Shown here piece after piece: positions 30,472-40,324 of a stretch of DNA of 64,000 bases. This DNA is from an uncultured Selenomonadales bacterium. GTDB lineage: Bacteria; Bacillota; Clostridia; Christensenellales; QALW01. The notes under the pieces were generated by a model, which saw nothing but the letters and a program-made list of their open reading frames with translations, was not told the DNA's origin and made no database searches. Position numbers and translations under genes: made by a program. Within the stretch, counting starts at the first letter, position 1. Each line of letters starts with the position of its first letter. The stretch is taken from the NCBI GenBank assembly GCA_905200615.1, contig CAJKLB010000005.1:1449-65448 (forward strand). The letters are read 5' to 3'.

Positions 30472-31647
30472 ATGAATTACGCTGAGGAATCGCTGAAAAA
30501 GCATTATGAATGGAAAGGAAAAATTGAGGTGATCTGCCGCGTGCCGATAAACAGCCGTGAGGATCTTTCGCTGGCCTATACGCCGGGAGTTGCCGCGCCG
30601 TGTCTGGAAATACAAAAAGACAGCAGCAAAAGCTTTGCGCTGACGCGCCGCTCCAACCTGGTGGCAGTGATTACCGACGGTACCGCCGTACTGGGCTTAG
30701 GCGATATCGGGCCGGAGGCAGGCATGCCGGTAATGGAGGGAAAATGCGCCCTTTTTAAAGCCTTTGCGGATGTAGACGCGATTCCGCTTTGTATTAAAAG
30801 CAAGGATACCGACGAATTGGTGCGCACCATAGAACTGCTCTCCGGCAGTTTCGGGGGAATCAATTTAGAGGATATCTCCGCGCCGCGCTGTTTTGAAATA
30901 GAACGCCGCCTGAAGGAAAAATGTGATATTCCCGTATTCCATGACGATCAACACGGTACGGCTGTTGTTGTCTCCGCGGCATTGATCAACGCCGCCAAGG
31001 TAGCCCAAAAAAAGTTAAATGAGCTTACCGTCGTAATCAACGGCGCAGGCAGTGCGGGAATCGCCATCGGCAATATGATCTTGAATTTAGGCGTAAAAGA
31101 TTTGCTTCTTTGTGATAAAACGGGAATTCTCTTCCGCGGCAAGGAAGATATGAATCCTGCCCAGCAGGAGATCGCGCAGCGAACCAACCGACAAAATAAA
31201 CAAGGCTTGCTTGCCGACGCCATGTCCGGTGCGGACGCTTTTATCGGTGTTTCGGCGCCGAATGTAGTAACCGGCGAAATGATCGCCAAAATGGCATCCA
31301 AACCGATTCTGTTTCCCATGGCTAATCCGGTACCGGAGATTATGCCTGACGCGGCAAAAAAAGCCGGCGCGTTTATTGTAGGTACCGGCCGAAGCGATTT
31401 CCCCAACCAAATCAACAATGTACTGGCTTTCCCCGGTATTTTCCGGGGTGCGCTGGACGCTCAAGCAACCGATATCAATGAGGAAATGAAAATGGCCGCC
31501 GCCTTTGCTATTGCCGCGCATATTCCGCCGGATCAGCTATCACCGGAAAACATTATTCCCAGCGCGTTGGATAAAACGGTTGCCTTTTCCGTAGCCAAAG
31601 CAGTATCCGAAGCCGCGAAAAAAACCGGCTGCGTACGAAAAAAATAA
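30472..31647 (+). CDS. NAD(P)-dependent malic enzyme (short, about 390-aa form)
   Basis: KGKIEV...LSLAYTPGVA...VAVITDGTAVLGLGDIGP...GGINLEDI...VINGAGSAG. Confidence 0.9.
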   Translation: MNYAEESLKKHYEWKGKIEVICRVPINSREDLSLAYTPGVAAPCLEIQKDSSKSFALTRRSNLVAVITDGTAVLGLGDIGPEAGMPVMEGKCALFKAFADVDAIPLCIKSKDTDELVRTIELLSGSFGGINLEDISAPRCFEIERRLKEKCDIPVFHDDQHGTAVVVSAALINAAKVAQKKLNELTVVINGAGSAGIAIGNMILNLGVKDLLLCDKTGILFRGKEDMNPAQQEIAQRTNRQNKQGLLADAMSGADAFIGVSAPNVVTGEMIAKMASKPILFPMANPVPEIMPDAAKKAGAFIVGTGRSDFPNQINNVLAFPGIFRGALDAQATDINEEMKMAAAFAIAAHIPPDQLSPENIIPSALDKTVAFSVAKAVSEAAKKTGCVRKK

Positions 31648-32175
31648 ACCCGTTCTTTGATACAAACGGGTTCAAAGTTATCAAAAATTCTCACGGACAA
31701 ACAAGCTGCACAAAAAAGGTTTCGTCCACCTTTTTTAAAAGGCGGGATACCGGCGCCCCTTCGGAAAGAACGAAATCTTACCAAAAAGAGCGCAGGATGG
31801 ACATAAGCCGTCCCGATGGAAAATTTTATGATAAGAAACCCCCCGGCGAGGGTTTCCTCATGCGCTGCATAAAAATTTTGTTTTGGTACATATTGCGATT
31901 CACGAACAGGTTTTTCGACAGACTCAACCCGCCCTCTTATATAAACAGCGGGATTCAAATTTTCTATAAACTCAAATCTACTTTTTCGCGGCGGAAGCGC
32001 CGCATTTTTTCACCGGCAGACGCGGCGAAAAAGCTCTGGTCAAAAGATTGCATTTTTTACGTTGAAAGGATATTGATGAAAACAGATTCATCCAATCTTT
32101 GATTTTTCAAAAAGGCTAGACTAACGCCGTATCCGATTTTTCCGCAGGATGACCCGTTCTTTCGCTTGTATCGGT

Positions 32176-32496
32176 TTATGCACGCGACGATACGCTATGC
32201 TCTTTGTTTTCAAGATGTTCGCGAATCAGCTGCACGTTGCTGAAAAAATTAAGGCTCAGCATTCCGATAACATACCATAAAAACGCGCCGATAATCAACC
32301 CTATAAATTGAGCCAAAAGAAGAAAGGTTATCTCAGAATTCAAGCCGAAATGAATACCGCTAGCATTCTTCACGCCTATAAGCAAAAAAATAACATAAGC
32401 TCCGTAAAGAACGATGCCCGCGCAGATCATCCAAAACCCGACCATAATAATTCCCTTATAAAGATCCAGCCAAATATTGCTTTTTTCATTAAACAT
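32176..32496 (-). CDS. Small membrane protein (3 predicted TM helices), unknown function
   Basis: Hydrophobic ORF, divergent from an XRE regulator. Confidence 0.45.
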   Translation of the reverse strand: MFNEKSNIWLDLYKGIIMVGFWMICAGIVLYGAYVIFLLIGVKNASGIHFGLNSEITFLLLAQFIGLIIGAFLWYVIGMLSLNFFSNVQLIREHLENKEHSVSSRA

Positions 32497-32584
32497 GTTT
32501 TTCTCCTCTTTTCATAATCTTTGTATTCTTTTCCGTTTTTTCACAAACAATTTACATTGTCTATTATAGCATACAATTTTTATT

Positions 32585-32604
32585 TTGTCTATCATCACAG
32601 ACAA
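32585..32604. promoter_or_regulatory. Inverted repeat TTGTCT-n8-AGACAA in the divergent intergenic region (putative operator). A related ACAAT/ATTGT element lies at about 32548-32560.
   Basis: Read directly from the sequence. Confidence 0.3.
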
Positions 32605-32651
32605 TATTTTTTTGTTTTTTTGGTACTCTAATAGAAAGGGAAGTGTCTACG

Positions 32652-32885
32652 ATGATAGAATTCAATAAATCGGCGGCCGGAAAGGCCATCCGGCGGCTGC
32701 GCAGGGAAAAGAATCTTTCCCAAGAGGTTTTCAGCGGTTTGGCGGGTATCGCCCGCAGTCACTTGGCAATGATAGAAACCGGCACAAAGCAGCCGAATTT
32801 TGAAACGATATGGCGTATTGCCAACGCCTTTGAAATATCGCCTCATGAATTGGTAGAGCAAATTGAAAAACAATGCCGCCAATGA
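32652..32885 (+). CDS. XRE-family HTH transcriptional regulator (77 aa)
   Basis: AAGKAIRRLRREKNLSQEVFSGLAGIARSHLAMIETGTKQP. Confidence 0.75.
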   Translation: MIEFNKSAAGKAIRRLRREKNLSQEVFSGLAGIARSHLAMIETGTKQPNFETIWRIANAFEISPHELVEQIEKQCRQ

Positions 32886-33025
32886 AAGAGAATCTTTACC
32901 GTGGAAGGATATCCGCGATCTTTCCTTTATCAGCTCCAAATTCTTTTCGGTTTGACAGAAAAATACCTTAAATGCTATAATAGCCGGGATTAAAATTTTT
33001 AAAACCGGTGCGACGATTGATTTCT

Positions 33026-34342
33026 ATGCAGAAGCTACAAAAAAAAGAATTTATAAAATATATATCGTGTAATGTGCTTTCCATGATCGGCCTGTCCTGT
33101 TATATTTTAGCCGATACTTTTTTTATCGCCCAAGGCGTGGGACCCAAAGGCCTGGCGGCGCTGAATTTGGCGTTACCTGTATTTAATACGGTAAACGGCA
33201 TCGGGCTGTTGCTGTGCATGGGCGGAGCGACACGGTTTTCACTTTCAGGCGCAAAAAAGGACGCTTCTTCCGCCTCAATTTTTACCCATACGGTTTATTG
33301 GGGCATCTTTTTCTCCTTGCTGTTTATGTTGCTGGGCGGTTTTTTTTCGGAAAATATCGCGTGGTGTATGGGTGCGGACCCGGATACTTTTGAAATGACA
33401 AGGATCTACCTTCAGGTAATTTTGCTGTTTGCGCCGCTGTTCATTTTTAATCAAATATTGAGCGGCTTTGTGCGCAATGACCGAGATCCCAAGCTTGCCA
33501 TGGCCGCTATGCTCGCGGGAGATTTTATCAATATTATACTGGATTATGTTTTTATATTTCCTTTGAATATGGGAATATTCGGCGCGGTTTTGGCCACGGG
33601 AATCGCCCCGGTTATAGGAATTTTATTGATGTCCTCTCACTTTATAAAAAGAAAAAATCATTTTTATTTTAAAATCCAAAAGCCGTCCCTGCAAGAGGGG
33701 ATATCCTGTATAAAATCCGGTATTTTTGCCTTTATCGGTGAAATTTCAAACGGAATCGTTATTTTTGTGTTTAACGCGTTATTTTTACGCTTTATGGGAA
33801 ACACCGGCGTAACGGCCTACGGCATCATCGCCAATATTTCTTTAGTGGTTATTTCCGTTTATAACGGTATTGCGCAGGGAATGCAGCCGCTGGTAAGCAA
33901 AAATTGCAGCCGCGGAGATCAAAAATCAGCGCAAAGTATATATCAATATTCTTTCCTTTGTTCTCTGGCCGTATCGGTCCTTGTTCTGGTTGCGGCACTG
34001 CTGTGGCACACACCTATGGTCGCTCTGTTTAACCAAAACGCCGAACCTTTGCTGCAAACCACGGCAGAAAGCGGTATGCTTCTTTATTTCCCGGGCTTCT
34101 TTTTTGCCGGAATCAATATTATTACCGCTGCGTATTTTGCGGCTTCGGGAAAAACCGCGCAATCTTTCGGAATCGGATTCTTGCGGGGAATTGCCGTTAT
34201 TGTTCCGGCAGCAATAATTCTTGCGCTGCTTTTTCAGACAACGGGAATTTGGCTTTCTTTTCTGGCCGCGGAAAGCATTGTTTGCTTGATCAGCGCGGTG
34301 CTGTTCTTTTTCAGCCGAAAAAAAGCAACCCGGCTTTTATAA
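33026..34342 (+). CDS. MATE-family efflux transporter
   Basis: 12-TM-like protein of about 440 aa with a MATE-typical N-terminus (...LSMIGLSCYILADTFFIAQGVG..GLAALNLALPVF). Confidence 0.8.
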   Translation: MQKLQKKEFIKYISCNVLSMIGLSCYILADTFFIAQGVGPKGLAALNLALPVFNTVNGIGLLLCMGGATRFSLSGAKKDASSASIFTHTVYWGIFFSLLFMLLGGFFSENIAWCMGADPDTFEMTRIYLQVILLFAPLFIFNQILSGFVRNDRDPKLAMAAMLAGDFINIILDYVFIFPLNMGIFGAVLATGIAPVIGILLMSSHFIKRKNHFYFKIQKPSLQEGISCIKSGIFAFIGEISNGIVIFVFNALFLRFMGNTGVTAYGIIANISLVVISVYNGIAQGMQPLVSKNCSRGDQKSAQSIYQYSFLCSLAVSVLVLVAALLWHTPMVALFNQNAEPLLQTTAESGMLLYFPGFFFAGINIITAAYFAASGKTAQSFGIGFLRGIAVIVPAAIILALLFQTTGIWLSFLAAESIVCLISAVLFFFSRKKATRLL

Positions 34343-34547
34343 AAGAAATCCACACAAATTCGAATCCTGAAATCAACTCTGTTTAGAGCTTCTTTCAAAC
34401 TGTCGAAAAACGTCCCATCGGGACGATTCTCCCTCCTGTTCTCTTTTTTATCCTCTTCCGAGGGTACCCCCTTGATTTTCCTCCTTCTAAAAAAGGTGAA
34501 AAAACTTTATATTGTGCAGTTTTTAGCCGTATGACTTTTGGGTGCTC

Positions 34548-34581
34548 TGAAATCAGCTCTGTTTGGAGCTGATTTTTTTAC
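34548..34581 (+). terminator. Intrinsic terminator (AAATCAGCTC / GAGCTGATTT stem plus T7 tract)
   Basis: Read directly. It lies about 200 nt downstream of the MATE stop. Confidence 0.6.
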
Positions 34582-34737
34582 ACAATAAGTCCATTGGCAC
34601 GCATAAAAAACAGGCAACGCACGGTATCAATTAAAGCATACCGTAAATATCGGGATTGTGCACAAAAAAGTCAGATTCGTGCTATGAAGGACAGAGATCT
34701 TTCTGTTATAACAAAAGACACAACAGGAGGGAAAAAC

Positions 34738-36327
34738 ATGTATCGAGCAGGAATAGATATCGGCGGAACCAAAGTCATAATCGGTTTGATAGACCAACAG
34801 AAGCATTTGATGATACGTAAAAAATATATCATTCCCGATTCTGCGAAAAAAGACGGATTTTTAAAATGGCTTATCCAAATCTTTGAGAATACAGTAACAG
34901 AGGCGCAACTTTCAAAACAGCAAATTGACTTTTGCGGTATCGGTGTCCCCGGTACCGTAAGTGAAGACGGTACAACGGTGCTGAAAGCGCCCAATTTACA
35001 CTGGGAAAATAAGCCTTTAGCCGCGGACTTTACCCAAGCCACCGGTATCGCGAGTCGTTTGATACAGGATTCCCGCGCGGCGGCCTGGGGCGAGTATACG
35101 GCCGGCGCGGGAAGAGGTTTTAAAAACGTAGTATGTATCACCCTGGGAACCGGAATCGGTACGGGAATAGTGCTTAACGGAAAAATTTTTACCGGAAGTT
35201 TAGCCTGCGCGGGAGAAATCGGCCATGTTCCCGTAACGGGGAACGGAAGAAAATGCGGCTGCGGGCAGACGGATTGTTTGGAAAAATATGCGGCGGGTAT
35301 GGGCTTGGAACAAACGGCAAAAGAACTGTTAGGAGAAGACGCGGATACGGAAGAGTTGTTTCGGCAGGCACGCAGCGGAAATGAACGGGCAAGAAACGCC
35401 GTCGCGCAGGCAGCGGAGTTGTTGGGAAAAACTTTAGTGCAGACCGTGAATCTTCTTTCGCCGGACTGCCTGCTCTTCAGCGGAGGACTCAGCAAAGAGG
35501 AAGAGTTGTATATCCATCCGATCATCCAGTATATAAAAACGCACAGTTATGCGCTGACCGCCCAAAAGATTCATTTGGCGACAGCGCAATTGGGTGAAGA
35601 TGCGCCGATGATCGGCTGCGCGTTGCTTCCGTACACCTCAACGCATACACCGCAGATATCCGCCTCTATTATGTGCGCAGACATAATGAATTTATCCCGC
35701 GCACTGCAGGAATTAGAGGAAAATCAAATTGATTATATCCATTATGATATTATGGATAATCACTTTGTACCCAATTTAATGCTGCCGCCGGAGCTGATGC
35801 GAAAAATACGCAAGCATACTGCGTTGCCCTTTGACGTGCATATTATGGCTGAAAATCCCGAACGTATTGTGGAACAGCTGGAATTCAGGCCGGGAGATAT
35901 CTGCGCGGTTCATTATGAGAGCACGGCTCATCTGCAGCGTGTGCTCTCTCTGGTGCGAGAAAAAGGTGCTATTCCCGCGGTGGCGCTGAATCCCGCCACG
36001 CCTGTGGAAGTATTGCAGGAGATTCTGCAAGATATCGGTATGGTGCTGATTATGACGGTAAACCCCGGCTATGCGGGACAAAAGCTGGTACCGCAAACAC
36101 TGGAAAAAATACGAAGAACCCGTGAATATCTGGATCAAGCCGGTTATCAGAATATCCGGATTGAAGCAGACGGCAACTGCAGCTTTGAGAATATTCCTAA
36201 AATGTACCGGCAGGGAGCGGATCTTTTTGTCGCGGGTACCTCCAGTATTTTTCATCCGGCAATAACCGTAAAAGAAGCGGTAAATAAAATTCATTCTATA
36301 TTTTTAAAGGAGGAACAAAGTTTATGA
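34738..36327 (+). CDS. Bifunctional fusion: ROK-family sugar kinase (N-terminal) plus ribulose-phosphate/allulose-6-phosphate 3-epimerase (C-terminal)
   Basis: The ROK part has AGIDIGGTK and the Zn motif GHVPVTGNGRKCGCGQTDCLE. The RPE part has HYDIMDNHFVPN, VHIM, VNPGYAGQ and EADGN. An AGGAGGG RBS precedes the ATG at 34738. Confidence 0.85.
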   Translation: MYRAGIDIGGTKVIIGLIDQQKHLMIRKKYIIPDSAKKDGFLKWLIQIFENTVTEAQLSKQQIDFCGIGVPGTVSEDGTTVLKAPNLHWENKPLAADFTQATGIASRLIQDSRAAAWGEYTAGAGRGFKNVVCITLGTGIGTGIVLNGKIFTGSLACAGEIGHVPVTGNGRKCGCGQTDCLEKYAAGMGLEQTAKELLGEDADTEELFRQARSGNERARNAVAQAAELLGKTLVQTVNLLSPDCLLFSGGLSKEEELYIHPIIQYIKTHSYALTAQKIHLATAQLGEDAPMIGCALLPYTSTHTPQISASIMCADIMNLSRALQELEENQIDYIHYDIMDNHFVPNLMLPPELMRKIRKHTALPFDVHIMAENPERIVEQLEFRPGDICAVHYESTAHLQRVLSLVREKGAIPAVALNPATPVEVLQEILQDIGMVLIMTVNPGYAGQKLVPQTLEKIRRTREYLDQAGYQNIRIEADGNCSFENIPKMYRQGADLFVAGTSSIFHPAITVKEAVNKIHSIFLKEEQSL

Positions 36328-37295
36328 AGCATGTGGTCAGTGTAGGACCCGGAAAAAGTGAAATTCGTGAAATTCCCATGGTAGAGTATGATGACAATCA
36401 AATTCTGATTCGCACCCGCTATGTAGGGGTATGTATGTCCGAGCATTATGCTTGGTCAACGGCAAAAGAAGGAGATGCCTTCGGCCATGAACCGATGGGA
36501 ATTGTAGAGGCTGTGGGTAAAAACGTAACCGGGTTCCGTAAAGGAGACCGTGTCAGCGGTCTATGGGGCAGTACCCTGCCCGGCGCGGGCGGCATGGTAG
36601 AGTATTTTGCCGCGGATCCACGGGAAGCTGTGATTGTAAAGCTTCCGGAAACTCTCCGCGATGAGGACGGCGTATTGGAGCCGCTGGCGTGTATGATGAG
36701 CGCGGTAAGCAAGGTACGGTTTTCCATGCCGGGTACCACGGTATGCGTGGTAGGCTGCGGCTATATGGGCTGCGGTGTGATTTCCCTTTTAAAAACAAGG
36801 GGAGCTCGGGTTGTAGCGGTAGATATCCGCCGGGAATGTTTGTCCGACGCCAAAAAGTACGGTGCCGATGAAATTTTTCTGGCAGAGGACGCCAAAGAAA
36901 GGTTTCAAAAAGAGGGCTTTGAGTTTGTCATGGAATGGGGCGAGACCGCGGAATCACTGGATTTAGCGATTCATCTGACAAAGATGTGCGGTAAACTGTA
37001 TATCGGCGCGTATCATACCGGAGGAAAACGTTTAGTAGATATCCAGCAATTAAACTTTAAAGCCATTGATTGCCTGAGCGTGCATCCGCGGGAATTTGAG
37101 CTGAGTCGTATCGGGGCCCAGAACGCGGTGGAACTTCTTTCCTGCGGCATGTGGAACTATACGAATATTCCCGTAAAGATCTATCCCATGAACCGATTTG
37201 ACCAAGCGCAGGAAGAACTGGAAACCAAATACGGAAAATATATGAAAGCGTTGATCGATATGACTTGCAAAGAAGGAGAACCGTATATTCTTTAA
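36324..37295 (+). CDS. Zinc-dependent medium-chain dehydrogenase/reductase (sorbitol/threonine-DH-like)
   Basis: GVCMSEH...GHEPMGIV...GDRV. Nucleotide-binding motif VVGCGYMG. Its start overlaps the upstream stop by 4 nt. Confidence 0.8.
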   Translation: MKHVVSVGPGKSEIREIPMVEYDDNQILIRTRYVGVCMSEHYAWSTAKEGDAFGHEPMGIVEAVGKNVTGFRKGDRVSGLWGSTLPGAGGMVEYFAADPREAVIVKLPETLRDEDGVLEPLACMMSAVSKVRFSMPGTTVCVVGCGYMGCGVISLLKTRGARVVAVDIRRECLSDAKKYGADEIFLAEDAKERFQKEGFEFVMEWGETAESLDLAIHLTKMCGKLYIGAYHTGGKRLVDIQQLNFKAIDCLSVHPREFELSRIGAQNAVELLSCGMWNYTNIPVKIYPMNRFDQAQEELETKYGKYMKALIDMTCKEGEPYIL

Positions 37296-37308
37296 AAGGG
37301 TGAAAAAG

Positions 37309-37758
37309 ATGAAAATAGCCATCGGCAGTGATCATGTAGCGCTGCAAATGAAACAGGAAATCATAGAGTTTTTGGAAAAGAAGGGCCATACGGTAAAAGA
37401 TTGGGGCACCTACACTTCTCAGCGATGCGATTATCCTATATACGGTCAGAAAGTCGCCAATGCCGTAGTTTCGGGAGAAGCAGACCGCGGTATTGTGATC
37501 TGCGGAACCGGCGTAGGGATATCCATCGCGGCCAACAAAGTAAAAGGGATTCGCGCGGTCGTTTGCAGTGAACCCTATTCAGCAATGCTTTCAAGGCAAC
37601 ATAATGATACCAACGTATTGGCCTTCGGCGCGCGAGTGGTAGGAATCGAGCTGGCAAAAATGATTACAGAAGTATGGCTTAACGCGGAATTTGAAGGCGG
37701 CCGCCATCAAAAACGAATCGACATGCTTTCAGAAATAGAAAAGAATTCCAGACTGTAG
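37309..37758 (+). CDS. rpiB: RpiB/LacA/LacB-family sugar-phosphate isomerase (ribose-5-P / allose-6-P isomerase B)
   Basis: MKIAIGSDHVA...CGTGVGISIAANK... Confidence 0.85.
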   Translation: MKIAIGSDHVALQMKQEIIEFLEKKGHTVKDWGTYTSQRCDYPIYGQKVANAVVSGEADRGIVICGTGVGISIAANKVKGIRAVVCSEPYSAMLSRQHNDTNVLAFGARVVGIELAKMITEVWLNAEFEGGRHQKRIDMLSEIEKNSRL

Positions 37759-38007
37759 AGAACCCTGATTTTTAATTTTTTGCAGCGTTCAGCCGCATTT
37801 TTTCCGGTGACAGATGCAAAGAACCGCTTGATAATCGGTTTTTCAAGGGCATAGGAGTGGTTAGATGCCGTCCCAAAATCAACAATTTTCAAGCCGGCGA
37901 CATTCCCGGCCAAGAGAGTGTTGACTTTGTCTACACTCTCAAGAATTCTTTCCTTGTATAATCCGGGGCGGCATGATACAATACTCTTGGAGAAAGGAGC
38001 AATAAAA

Positions 38008-38796
38008 ATGGCTGTTATACAGATCGGAATCTCCCCCGTCAGCTACCGTCATATTCGCGCTCACGCGCATTCGCTATGGGAAATCGTCTATAATTTTGAA
38101 GGCGAGGGCACAACGATAGTGGGGAAAAACGAATATTGCTTTTCTCCCGGCAGTATCATTTGTCAGCCCCCCGGAGCTGTTCATACCAAAAATTCAAGCC
38201 GGGGCTTTCGGGACATTTTTTTGCAAACAGATTCTTTTCCCTTAGGCGATACGCTGCCCAAAGACCGTCCACTGATTTTTCAGGATGATGCGGAAAAAAG
38301 TTTTCTGAACCTGATTGCTTTGGCTCACCGCGTCTATCACAAACAGGAGGCAAATTACCGTCCTCTTGCGGAAGCGCTTTACCAGGCAATGTATCAACTG
38401 CTGTTAAGCTGGTCCGTTTCGCCGGAAAAAAACACGGATGTGAAACGTATAAAAAATGAAATGGTCTCTTCGTTTTCCGATCCTGAATTCAGCATGTCCG
38501 AATTATTAAAAGATACCGGATACTGCGAAGATCATTTGCGGAAACTCTTCAAAAAAGAAACCGGATATACGCCTCACGCCTATTTACAGAAGCTGCGTAT
38601 GGATAACGCAAAAAAAATGATAGCCAACAACAGCATATTAAATTTGAATATTGAAGAAATCGCACTGATGTCCGGTTTCTATGATACCCATTATTTCCAT
38701 CGCATGTTTAAAAAAGAAACAGGAATGACGCCTCGTCAATATCAACGATATACGGAAAAAGACAACTTTCAGAAAAATAAAAATTCACTCTTGTAA
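38008..38796 (+). CDS. AraC-family transcriptional regulator (cupin sensor plus C-terminal HTH)
   Basis: The C-terminus has the AraC signature (LRKLFKKETGYTPHAYLQKLRM...FYDTHYFHRMFKKETGMTPRQY). Confidence 0.85.
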   Translation: MAVIQIGISPVSYRHIRAHAHSLWEIVYNFEGEGTTIVGKNEYCFSPGSIICQPPGAVHTKNSSRGFRDIFLQTDSFPLGDTLPKDRPLIFQDDAEKSFLNLIALAHRVYHKQEANYRPLAEALYQAMYQLLLSWSVSPEKNTDVKRIKNEMVSSFSDPEFSMSELLKDTGYCEDHLRKLFKKETGYTPHAYLQKLRMDNAKKMIANNSILNLNIEEIALMSGFYDTHYFHRMFKKETGMTPRQYQRYTEKDNFQKNKNSLL

Positions 38797-39104
38797 ACGC
38801 CACGGGTGGATAAAGAAGTACAAAAACTTAATTCATTCACGACATTGCAAAGGTAGAAATTAAGGTATCAATCGAAAGGTTGGTACCTTTTTCTCAAAAT
38901 CCGCACATTCGTATACTGTAACTGCTTTTGCCGCAATATAGTCAAAGGAGAAACGCTTAAGGCGGATATTACCTTTACAGGTATCGGCTTATTTTGATCT
39001 TCCGACAGAATAAAAACTGTTAAAAACGGTTCTTGAACCGAAAGAGCAAAAAGGAATATCAAATCCGCATAAAAGAAAAAGTATAACCCTATATTACTGA
39101 GGTT

Positions 39105-39162
39105 ACACCGCCTTTCTATAATACTTCCTTATTAACCCGGAAAAAACACCGCCTTTCTATAA
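39105..39162. repeat. Two exact 17-nt direct repeats ACACCGCCTTTCTATAA (39105-39121 and 39146-39162) in a roughly 580-bp ORF-free region
   Basis: Read directly from the sequence. Confidence 0.8.
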
Positions 39163-39330
39163 GAAAATATTACAGCCGCCTAAAACAAAGAACTTTCGTC
39201 TCCCGATCTTTTATAGGCATACCGTAAGCTGAAAAATCAGCTTTTCTTCAGACAATAAAAAATTTTTTTGATTTTTATCTTACGTATAAATTCTATAAAA
39301 AACAATCTTATCCGTTTTCAATAGAAAGAA

Positions 39331-39378
39331 AACACCTATTGTATTCCTTGCCAAAAAGGTCGGAATCCAATAGGTGTT
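39331..39378 (-). terminator. Terminator hairpin (AACACCTATTG / CAATAGGTGTT) closing the phage-like operon
   Basis: Sits immediately downstream of the LysM gene stop on the minus strand. A U-tract is present on both strands. Confidence 0.6.
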
Positions 39379-39381
39379 TTT

Positions 39382-39936
39382 TTAAAGCTGACTGATTTTT
39401 CTGTTGGCGTCGGCCGTATTGCGTGAAAGTTTTGTTTTAAGCTTATTAATTTTTTCACGGTAGCTGCGCGAAAGCTCCGCTTCCTCGCCGGCCGTTTCCT
39501 GTTCCAGCTTATTCTTTTCGTTTTGAGCAATACTGGAAGTCTCAATTTTTTGTGCCGCCAAATCGCTCTCCAGTCCGATTCTGTTTTTACGCAGTGCTTG
39601 GGAAAGCTTTTGCTTTTTATAAAGATAGTCCGCGTCAGCAGACGCTTTATCCGTTTGGTAATCTTCCCGGGCACGCTGAATATCTATTTGATATTCCTCT
39701 TTCTTAGCGGCGGCCTGCTGCTGTTTTTTTTCATTTTCCGCTTCCTCTTCATCGGCCTTTTCATCCAACACTTCCGCAACAGAAAGAATAATGCGGGCGC
39801 CTTTTTTAATTTTTCCCGTCTTATAGGTTGGATTATTCTTTACAAGCTGCGCATAATCCGTTCCGGTTTTTTCTGCAATTTCCTGCAGTGTTTCGCCGCC
39901 CTGGGCGGTATAAAGCTGACTCGTCAAAAATTTCAC
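39382..39936 (-). CDS. LysM-domain protein with a C-terminal coiled coil
   Basis: YTAQGGETLQEIAEKTGTDYAQLVKNNP... (LysM), followed by a K/E/Q-rich helical tail. Confidence 0.65.
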   Translation of the reverse strand: MKFLTSQLYTAQGGETLQEIAEKTGTDYAQLVKNNPTYKTGKIKKGARIILSVAEVLDEKADEEEAENEKKQQQAAAKKEEYQIDIQRAREDYQTDKASADADYLYKKQKLSQALRKNRIGLESDLAAQKIETSSIAQNEKNKLEQETAGEEAELSRSYREKINKLKTKLSRNTADANRKISQL

Positions 39937-40316
39937 CCCAAATCAACGATTTTTGTAAGGATTTCTCCCCAAGCAACAGCTCCGCCTGTTGCGTTTACGG
40001 TAACCGTCACGCTGTTGACTCCTTTTTTAATGTCCGGACAAACAGCCGCCGAAGCATTGCCGGCGCCATGCTCAAGCAAAAGCGTGCTGCCGTTTACGGT
40101 AATACTGACCGCGGCGGAAGCTGAATTTTTTAAATAATAGCTGATATACAGTCCCTGATGCGCCTTCCAGCTGATAATGTTTTTCGTTACGGCCGTCGCA
40201 CTGCTTCCTTGGTCGATTTCGCCGACGCTGTACTTTTTTACCGCGCTGAACGCCGCGGCATTTTCAATCCACCGCAGCCGCCGTTCATTTTTTATTTTAT
40301 CCCTCTCTGTTTGCAT
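39933..40316 (-). CDS. Hypothetical phage-like structural protein (127 aa, beta-rich)
   Basis: ORF in the operon. Overlaps the next gene by 4 nt. Confidence 0.45.
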   Translation of the reverse strand: MQTERDKIKNERRLRWIENAAAFSAVKKYSVGEIDQGSSATAVTKNIISWKAHQGLYISYYLKNSASAAVSITVNGSTLLLEHGAGNASAAVCPDIKKGVNSVTVTVNATGGAVAWGEILTKIVDLG

Positions 40317-40324
40317 ATGTCCCC

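Noticed and set aside
31533-32102. ORFs 31533-31958 (-) and 31797-32102 (+) in the region after the malic enzyme gene
   Set aside because: The minus ORF overlaps the malic enzyme 3' end, and both have implausible composition and no RBS. The region appears to be non-coding with several terminator-like hairpins (about 31713-31740, 31850-31875 and 31985-32010). I could not assign a function.
34671-35525. 284-aa ORF antisense to the ROK kinase domain
   Set aside because: The sense frame has unambiguous ROK motifs. The antisense product is P/S/F-rich and has no start context.
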